Source: Octopus vulgaris
Taxonomy: Eukaryota
Length of the DNA stretch: 64,000 nucleotides
NCBI GenBank assembly: GCA_951406725.2
Contig: OX597819.1
Span: forward strand, 81,530,001 to 81,594,000
Reading direction: 5' to 3'
In this document: in pieces, positions 54,784 to 64,000 of the stretch
How positions within the stretch are numbered: the stretch's first letter is position 1
Layout: each line of letters opens with the position of its first letter
Made by a program: the position numbers and the translations under genes
Notes under the pieces: model-generated
The model's database searches: none
Told to the model about the DNA's origin: nothing
The model's input: the letters and a program-made list of their open reading frames with translations, nothing else

Positions 54784-54955
54784 GTATGTATGTATGTATG
54801 TATATATATATGTATATATATATATATATGTATGTATATATGTATATATATATGAAATTTTGAATTTAGTTCACGGACCCCTTGTACTACTTTTGCGGAC
54901 CACCAGAAGTCCGCGGACCACCAGGAGTCCGCAGACCCCAGGTTGAGAACCACTG
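53850..54955. mobile_element. hAT-like MITE with a perfect 8-bp TSD, carrying nested insertions
   Basis: Termini CAGTGGTTTCCAACC / GGTTGAGAACCACTG. TSD GTCTATAA at 53842-53849 and 54956-54963. Subterminal GGACC repeats. Confidence 0.9.
53937..54152. mobile_element. Tigger/pogo-like MITE nested in the hAT MITE
   Basis: TIRs CAGTAATCCCTCG / CGAGGGGTTACTG, preceded by TA. An older copy is at ~5590-5838. Confidence 0.85.
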
Positions 54956-55382
54956 GTCTATAACACAAAGTAGCAATCAAATATTGGCGTTGATTCCTAT
55001 AATGTACCTTAGTGGCGAATGGAATTTAGATTACAGAAAAAAATAAACAAAACTAGAAAATGCAAGACAAAATTCTGAACGGAGAATTGAAACAGTTCAG
55101 AAATTGTGAATTACTACAGTATTATAATAACATTCAATGTTTTATTTTTAATATTTGTGCAGTAGGGCTATGTGGCTATGAAGCACACTTTGCAACCACG
55201 TGGTTTCAGTTCAGTCATCTACTATAACCCTGGGTTGATTAATGCCGTGTGAGGATATTTTGGTAGACGGAAACTGTGTGGAAGCCCGTCATGCGCGTGT
55301 GTGTGTGGTCAATGTATCATGTAACCGAAATAGAAGCACTCTAAACGTAGAGTAGTAATGCATTTATAATATGTCTGGTCAA

Positions 55383-55444
55383 AGAGTGACCAATGGTTTC
55401 GCATCCACAAAAGGTTTAGCTCCATGGACGGCTCGTCAGACTCT
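55383..55444 (-). ncRNA. Type I hammerhead ribozyme
   Basis: Minus strand: AGAGT-CTGACGA-GCCGTCCAT..GTGGATGC-GAAA-CCATTGG-TC-ACTCT. The core is complete, stem I is perfect (5 bp), stem II pairs, stem III is near-palindromic, and the cleavage triplet is GUC. Confidence 0.85.
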
Positions 55445-55457
55445 AAAGCTGAAGACT

Positions 55458-55497
<40 letters not shown>

Positions 55498-55623
55498 AAT
55501 GAGAGGGGTGTATATAATACAATTGAATGTACCTTCAGATTTTATATGCTAGACCACTTGTGTTAAATTGATGTTAATTTAATTAAATTAATATCCAATT
55601 TCTCACCCTCATTTTAAATTTAA

Positions 55624-57030
<1,407 letters not shown>

Positions 57031-57595
57031 CAGATGTGTGTAAGCGCGTGTTTGTATCTTTGATTGTCCCTTCACCGCTAGACAACCGATGTTGTTTTGT
57101 TTACGTCCCCATAATTAGCAGTTCAACAAAAGAGAACAGTAAAATAAGTTCCAGAATTACTGAATAAGTACTGGTGTCGATTTGATCTACTAAACCTTTC
57201 GAGGCGGTGTCCCAACATGGTCGCGGCTCAGCAAGTCACGATTCTTATAGAAAAAAAGTGATAAAACAATTGTGTAGCTTAAATGAAGAATAACATGTTT
57301 TGTTTTTGCTGCTGTTGCTTGTTGTTATTGTTGTTGTTAAGCAACAAGACGGGTAATGGTGATTAAGTGATGGTCTAGGGCTTAGGGGCGGGAGACCCCA
57401 GACCTTGGAAAAAAGAAAACTTTAGTCGTCTTGTTGTAGTCGAGGGCTCTTCGTTGACGTCCGACACCACTGGGAGGTGGCCCTCGAAGTCGCTGGAAAT
57501 GGAGATCTCCAGGTCCAAATTCTTGAACGGCTGCTGCTGCTGCTGCTGTTGCTGCATAACCCCCAGTTTCCTTTAAATAGAGCGTACTTCTATAC

Positions 57596-58022
57596 CAGTG
57601 ATTCCCAATCATGTTTTTGTCTATGGACCCCTTTGATCTCTATTTCCTCGAATGGACCCCCATAGCCATTCAATGCTTTAAAATAAAGACTTATCGTATA
57701 TTTGTAATTAAATATTGTTAGGAAATGTATTAAAAAATTAGAAAAATATTTTGTGTTGTAGAAGTATAAACTATTCAGACGCGGTCCCAAGATTTTTTGA
57801 AAGGGAAGGTACAAGGTCTGAAGGGAATACAATTCCAGGAGAAAAGGGCGCAATAACATTATTTAGAAAGTCGCACATCTTTTCTTGAAGTGGGAACGTG
57901 CCCCTCAGGTTCCTCCCCACTCCCTTTGGCTCTGCTCCTGCAGTTTATGGCTCATGAATTATAACGACAAAATCTTATAGGGCTCCGCCAAAGGTTATAT
58001 GGACACTGGTTAAGAACTACCG
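57596..58022. mobile_element. Degenerate hAT-like MITE
   Basis: Termini CAGTGATTCCCAATC / GGTTAAGAACTACCG, internal TGGACCCC motifs, and a degenerate 8-bp TSD TTCTATAC/TTCTGTAT. Confidence 0.65.
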
Positions 58023-58137
58023 TTCTGTATCATTTAGAAAGATCCTAGTTGTGAGCATCTCTTCGTTTATCATACAAATTTTATCTATTTCCCCCTTCCT
58101 CTTCCCTCTCTCACCCCTGTCTCTCTCTCTCTCTCCA

Positions 58138-58187
<50 letters not shown>

Positions 58188-59501
58188 AACATGCATAGAT
58201 CCAAGCCATCACTGGAACTGTAAAAAGTTTTAAAACTTTCCAGAAGTTTATCATATAAGTCTATATGAGCATGCCTTAGAAATGCAGCTATAAGCATGAG
58301 AATGCATATATATAATAAAACATACAAGTCTGCACATGCACTAACTTCAAATACTGCACATATGCATACATACATGAAAAAAAATAACCTATTGTTAAAA
58401 ATCGGCTTTTTCTCTGTTGGCAAGAAATCTTGAAATAATACTGAGTTCATACATACATACATACATACATACATACATACATACATACATACATACATAC
58501 ATACATACATACATACATACATACATACATACACACATACATACATACTTGCATGCATACATACATGCTGACAAGCAGACAGACAGACGTACTTGCATGT
58601 CCTGAGTATGACTTTAAACTGCATCAGTTGTGGGTCAGGCGTTCTATAGTTTTGAGGAGAATGGAACCATTTCTTAGCCACTACCGTTCCTAGATCTACT
58701 CTGACTCGGAGTTGTAGTACTTGTCAGGGTCCCAGCTATGAGTTAACAATCCATCTGAACACGGGGACGCAGAAATACCCTTGACCGCACAGAAAACCCA
58801 TCGAGTATGAGGGACCCCCAGCTATCTTCATAGCATCCTTCTTAGATTTACATTATGTAAAATTTTTGGTTCTCCGTGATTACTCCTCACATCGTTTCAT
58901 CCTTTCACAAGTTATTAATCACGGTTCCGATTCCCGGACGGGATGGTGCATTCATTCAGCTGTAGATGAATTCCAGCACGATAATGATATAAAGATGTCT
59001 ATGGTGACCTTATTCATGAATTCATCTACTGAAAGTCCTATGGCAAAAGAAAAGTGGCGACGTGTGCAGACCTAAACAATTGCAAGCACACTCGTCTGAT
59101 TCCTGTACTCCAAACCATGCGGACCTACAACGGTACTGAATAATCACATGAGAGGTCATGGACGGAAACTCTGAAATGTTATTGACAACGAGGAAGCAAG
59201 GAGACAACAATCATATGTGAAGATGGAGCAATTATCATATATGTTTCCTCCGTCGGGTGATAGTTTATCTTAAACAATTTCCCGTTGTTTTGTATGATTA
59301 GATGTGGTTAGCCAAAACTTGGATTATACTGGACTAGTTGTAAGATACAATGTAACTAATTTTAGTTTGTGTTTGATACAAATGGCGATTTGCTATAAGT
59401 TCCCTTCACGAGCAATGAATCAGGGGCGAGAATACTTTTGTCTTCTGAGTAATGGACACCAACGAACTGTGAAACATGTCACGACAATATCCTGTGTTTA
59501 A

Positions 59502-59879
59502 AAGGGCGGTGAGCTGGCAGAAACGTTAGCACGCCGGGCGAAATGCTTAGCAGTAGTTCGTTTGCAGCTACGTTCTGAGTTCAAATTCCGCCGAGGTGGA
59601 CTTTGCCCTTCATCCTTTCAGGGTCGATAAATTATGTACCAGTTGCGCACTGGGGTCGATGTAATCGACTTAATCCGTTTGTCTGTCCTTGTTTGTCCCC
59701 TCTGTGTTTAGCCCCTTGTGAGTAGTAAAGAAATAGGTATTTCATGTCTTTACGTTCTGAGTTCAAATTCCGCTGAGGTCGACTTTGCCTTTCATCCTTT
59801 CGGGGTCAATAAATTAAGTACCAGTTGTGTACTGGCCCCCTCCCCCAAAATTTCGGGCCTTGTGCCTTAAGTAGAAAAG
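59502..59879 (+). mobile_element. tRNA-derived SINE family B (representative, internally dimeric copy)
   Basis: Head AGGGCGGTGAGCTGGCAGAA...GAGTTCAAATTCC and body GTCGACTTTGCCTTTCATCCTTTCGGGGTCGATAAATTAAGTACCAG. Other copies: 8893-9050(-), 17565-17781(-), 29205-29578, 30107-30322, 30430-30652, 31387-31598, 36122-36328, 40679-40912, 44760-44945, 49921-50146(-), 53417-53596. Confidence 0.9.
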
Positions 59880-60313
59880 AATATCTTGTGTTTCAAAAAA
59901 TATGACGAAATGTATTCACGTCTGTTTAAATTTCCACAGTGGAAGGCTTTAAATATATTTTACATAATGTTGTATATAAAAATGTATCGCGCGCGTGCGT
60001 GTGCGTGTGTATGTGTAAAGGCGAGTGTCCTAGTGGTTAAGTATGCTGTACTCACGATCGTATAATCGTGGTTTCGATTCTCAGACCGGCTGCATGTTAT
60101 GTTTTTGAGCAAAACTCTTCATTTCACGCTGCTCCAGTCTACTCAGTTGTAAACGGATAACCCTGCAACGGACTAACCTTCTTATAAGAAAGAATGTTGG
60201 TTGCTGGTTTGCCTGTCTAGTCACTGGAGTAGCACCATTCGAAAGTTAAAAAGATGCAAAATGTGTTGTGGCCAGCGATGTAAAATAACATCCGATAGTC
60301 TGGTTGATCACGT

Positions 60314-60350
<37 letters not shown>

Positions 60351-60395
60351 CAGTAGTTCGTTTGCCGCTACATACATACATACTTATGTACTTTA

Positions 60396-60531
60396 GAAAA
60401 AATTTCTGAAGAAGCCTAGAGAAACACCCAAGTACCTCAATTTCATCTACTTATTACTTCAGTCTACTGGAAGAATAGAGGTAGAATAAGGTATTTTTGC
60501 CTCTTGGCTGAAACAGCTGTAAGTTATTTTC
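60396..60531 (+). ncRNA. Type I hammerhead ribozyme with a very long stem II
   Basis: CTGAAGA (60406) - AGCC...~90 nt hairpin...GGCT - GAAA (60510) - palindromic CAGCTG - TA (GUA site). Stem I (GAAAAAATTT/AGTTATTTTC) is imperfect. Confidence 0.7.
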
Positions 60532-60727
60532 CCAATTTATATTCCAGTATGTTATATTTTAATAATTACTGGTATCTTTATATATTAGTATATTTTCGTA
60601 TGTAAAGCATATGTTATACATGTATGTATATTCTGGTAATTGTCATTTTAGTAAATAAATAAATAAGCTGACGTAATATGTCTAAAAGTTGATGAACCAC
60701 CTATTGATCCCCTCCATTTTCTTATTG

Positions 60728-60786
<59 letters not shown>

Positions 60787-60788
<2 letters not shown>

Positions 60789-62484
60789 CCTCTATACTGT
60801 TATCCCTCAACACGAAGGACTGCAGGCCCTTCGACACTTTCTTGACCTCCGCTCTAACCCTGTACCTGACACCTCCACACTCATTCGTCTGGCCGAACTT
60901 GTCCTTACTCTGAACTGCTTCTCGTTCGCGGGCAAGTTCTACCATCAGATCTCGGGAGTGGCCATGGGAACGCGAATGGGCCCCAACTATGCGAACCTGT
61001 TCGTTGGCTATGTTGAGGCCCAAATATTCTCTAATTTCACTGGTCCCACTCCTGAACTATATGGTCGTTACATTGACGACATTATCGGTGCCACCTCACT
61101 CTCCCGCGAACATCTAGATTCCTTCCTCTCTTTCGTCCAATCTTTCCATCCAGCCCTCCACTTCACTTCCACTATCTCCAACACCTCTGTCTCCTTCCTC
61201 GACATTTCGGTTAGCATTCTTCACTCCACTCTTACCACCTCCATTCACTACAAACACACAGACTCACACTCATACCTCAACTTCTCTTCCTCCCACCAAG
61301 AACACACCAAGCTTTCCATCCCCTATTCCCAATTCCTCCGTCTACGTAGGCTCTGTAGTGACGACCATGACTTTGAGACTCAGTCTCAACGTATGGCTCA
61401 CCACTTCACCCTACGTGGATACCCCCTCACCACTATCCACACCGCCCTTGCCAGAGCACGGTCCGTGGACCGTGTATCTGCTCTCTCTCCCCGAACCCGC
61501 CCTGTAGTCTCCCGCCTCCCTTTTCCCCTCACTTACCACCCCACGACCCTACGTCTCCATCGCACCATTCTTCGAGCTTTCCGTCATCTCCAGTCCGACC
61601 CGTCCACTTCACACCTCTTCCCTAACCGACCCCTCCCCTCTTTCAAACGAGCCCACAACCTTCGAGACCTTTTGGTCCATAGCTCCTTCCCTGACCCTAC
61701 CTCCCAACCCGGCTCGTTCCCCTGCTCCCGCCCACGTTGCCGCACTTGCCCTTACCTCTCCAACACCACCCGCCTCACTAGCACCCACCATCGACCTTAT
61801 CCCATCATCCACTCCTTCACCTGCACCTCCAGCAATATTATCTATTGCATCTCTTGCTCTCTCTGCAATTCCTTGTACATCGGACAAACGGGACGCCGCT
61901 TGGCTGACCGGTTCGCGGAACACCTTCGTGACATCCACCTTGCGAACGACACACCGGTCTCACGCCATTTCCGCTCCACCGGTCACTCCTTGCAACACCT
62001 ATCTGTGTTCGGTTTGTCCTTACACAGAGGCCATCCGGATTCCCGTTTGCGCCGTGAACAGGAATTAATCTTCTCTCTTCGCTCTTATACGCCATTTGGT
62101 CTCAACTCTCCCCCCTCCTCATCTAACCCCCCTCTCCCCCCTCCTCACCTATCCTTTCTCCCCCGACCCCTACTTCTTCAGTCCTTCATCCTTTCACCCC
62201 TACTCCCCTTCCCTTCTTCCCTCTTTCTCCCTCCCTCTTCCCCTTCTCTCTGCTCCCTCACTCCCTCTCTCCCCTTCTCTCTCCCCCTCTCCCTCTTTCC
62301 TCCTTCATCCCCCTCCTCCCCTTCCTTCTCCCCCATCCACTCCTCTTCCCCCTTCTCCTCCCCCTCTTCTTCCCCTCCCCTTCTCTCCCCCTCTTCTCCC
62401 CCTCCCCTCTTCTCCTCACTACACCACATGACTTTACACATCACATCACATATAATGTGCCATACTAATACACACACCAACTAA
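60787..62484 (+). CDS. 5'-truncated Penelope-like element (PLE) polyprotein: RT C-terminal half, Cys-rich linker and GIY-YIG endonuclease (Neptune-like)
   Basis: The frame is open from 60787 (SLYTVIPQHEGL...), in frame with ORF 60958..62484. Motifs: GVAMGTRMGPNYANLF, YGRYIDD, SFLD, YKHTDSHSYL, HxxHxKxSIPYSQFLRLRRLCS, linker CSRPRCRTC, NIIYCISC...LYIGQTGRRLADRFAEH, REQELI, PFGLN. The last ~120 aa are low-complexity polypyrimidine read-through. Confidence 0.95.
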
Positions 62485-62961
62485 TACATACTAATACGTA
62501 CTAATACATACTAGTACATACTAATACTTACACCAAACCTATACATACACACGTCCAGACCCCGCATACGCACTTATACTCTCTCATACACACACACACA
62601 CACACCTATACATACCAATACGTACTAATACATACTAATACATACTAATACATACACCAACCCCATACATACGCACGTCCAGACCAATCCTACGCACTAA
62701 TACTCTCTCATACACACACACACACCCTTATACATACTAATACATACACCAACCCTATACATACACACATCCAGACCCCTCCCACGCACTATTAGCTGGT
62801 CCCTCAACCCTTTTATCAACCCTATTATCTCCCCTTATTTCGCTCTCGCGTCTCATGTTTGATCTTTGACCTCTGGCCGAAATCAGATCGCCATGTTGAT
62901 TCGTTAGCTACTGCACGCATTTTTTTCTCTCCTTCTTTCTGTGTTTTTCTCTCTCTGTGTA

Positions 62962-63000
62962 TCTTTCTGTTGAAGAGCGTAGGCTCGAAACGTTAAAGAC
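62962..63000 (+). ncRNA. Minimal hammerhead-like motif in the PLE 3' region
   Basis: TCTTT...TTGAAGA-GCGTAGGCTC-GAAA-CGTT-AAAGA. It has the palindromic AACGTT stem III typical of PLE minimal hammerheads, but a non-canonical core position C3 (T) and an offset stem I. Confidence 0.45.
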
Positions 63001-63249
63001 TTGTTTTATTTATATTTCCTGAGCGCCATACTAATACAATTGTTCGTTTGTTTTCCACCTGCCTTCGTCTTTTGTTTATTTTCATAAAGCTTCCCGTTAT
63101 ATATATATATACATAGAAGGGTGGCTTATTTGTAATTTTACAACCAAAAGGCAGAAATATATACGTCACAAAAGTGACTAAGGGGACTAATCAGCACCGG
63201 TATTGCTAAAAGTAAGTGTCAAAACAACTCATAGCCACGAGAAGCACTT

Positions 63250-64000
63250 GCCGTATTTGTCGGGGTATAAGCCGCACCAGTGTATAAACCACCCTTCCCC
63301 CGATTTTCGGTCCTCGACGGGGGAAAACGTTGGGGAAACCGGGAAATAACTGGGGCTAATGAAAAGGGTGAAATGCAGGATGAATACAAACTTCAAGTTC
63401 ATGATGATTTCATACTTAACAAACATTTCTGACTGCTGTCATTGATACTCATAGTTATTAATGGAAGAAGATAAAGTCCAGCTTTTAAATGCAAGAGATA
63501 ATAAGAGAGCGTCTTTTTATTATGCGTGTTTGTATGATTTATTCATATTGTGATCTTTATATTCTTTCTTGAAAATGTATGGTCCTAAAAAGGAGCGACA
63601 CTAATGGATAGAGTCTTCACTCACAGCCTAAGAACTCTTCGTCGTCAGAAGACCTCGTTGAAGACCTCGTAGAGTTGATCGTCTGCATATGCCAGTTCAT
63701 CCTCATCATTGCTAGAGACAGAAGAGTCGGGAGAGACGGCGTCGTCTTCCCACAAGATGTCATCTTCTGTGCCGTCGAGCGCGTTGGATATGCAGCACTT
63801 CAGGAAAGTCCGCTTGATGCTGTCTTCTGAAATCTCCTCCCAGACCTTCAGGACCCACTCGCAGATCGTCCCCGAGTCGACTTTCTTTTTGCGTTCGGTC
63901 TTTGCTGTCGCCTTTGGTGCATTCACCATCCAATCCTCCTAGCTGAGCTTGAGACGGTCCTTAAACGGTTTGTTTATTGCAACATCAAAGGGTTGCAGAA
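63250..64000 (-). mobile_element. pogo-like DNA transposon, 3' part with putative TIR
   Basis: CCGTATTTGTCGGGGTATAAGCCGCACCAGTGTATAA at 63251 resembles pogo/Tc2-type termini and lies downstream of the transposase. The partner TIR is outside the window. Confidence 0.6.
63645..64000 (-). pseudogene. pogo/Tigger-type DDE transposase C-terminus (runs off the window)
   Basis: LQPFDVAINKPFKDRLKLS*EDWM...ICEWVLKVWEEISEDSIKRTFLKCCISNALDGTEDDILW plus an acidic tail. It has an in-frame TAG near 63940. Confidence 0.88.

Larger units (their letters stand above)
60787..63097 (+). mobile_element. Penelope-like retroelement copy inserted in a (TA)n microsatellite
   Basis: The ORF starts immediately after (TA)n at 60749-60786. 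The 3' region (polypyrimidine tract, CATACTAATA-rich tandem repeats, hammerhead-like motif) ends at the next (TA)n tract at 63098. Confidence 0.85.

Noticed and set aside
58866-59075. FQHDND as a Tc1 transposase motif
   Set aside because: Isolated motif. No convincing WPxxSPDLNPIE or TIRs were seen.

Overview
This is AT-rich eukaryotic (animal) genomic DNA, dominated by microsatellites and interspersed repeats. The tRNA-derived SINE families and the repeat landscape look like an octopus/cephalopod genome (inference, no search run). Almost all listed ORFs are microsatellite or SINE artefacts. Real coding remnants are all transposon-derived: a young 5'-truncated Penelope-like element (RT + Cys linker + GIY-YIG) in a (TA)n tract; several R4/Dong-like non-LTR (restriction-like endonuclease, RLE) fragments at TAA-type microsatellites; a CR1-like LINE remnant; a pogo-type DDE transposase end; and a mariner derivative. 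There are also hAT-, Tigger- and piggyBac-like MITEs. A tentative plus-strand chain of small in-phase exons (32-38 kb) may belong to a host gene. The three most notable observations are: (i) two clear type I hammerhead ribozyme motifs plus a minimal variant, each next to a (TA)n tract; (ii) five separate 190-690 bp duplications copied from within about 2 kb (three inverted, two direct), some pasted inside other repeats, suggesting frequent locally templated insertion; (iii) a sharp CpG-poor to CpG-rich transition at about 46.7 kb.
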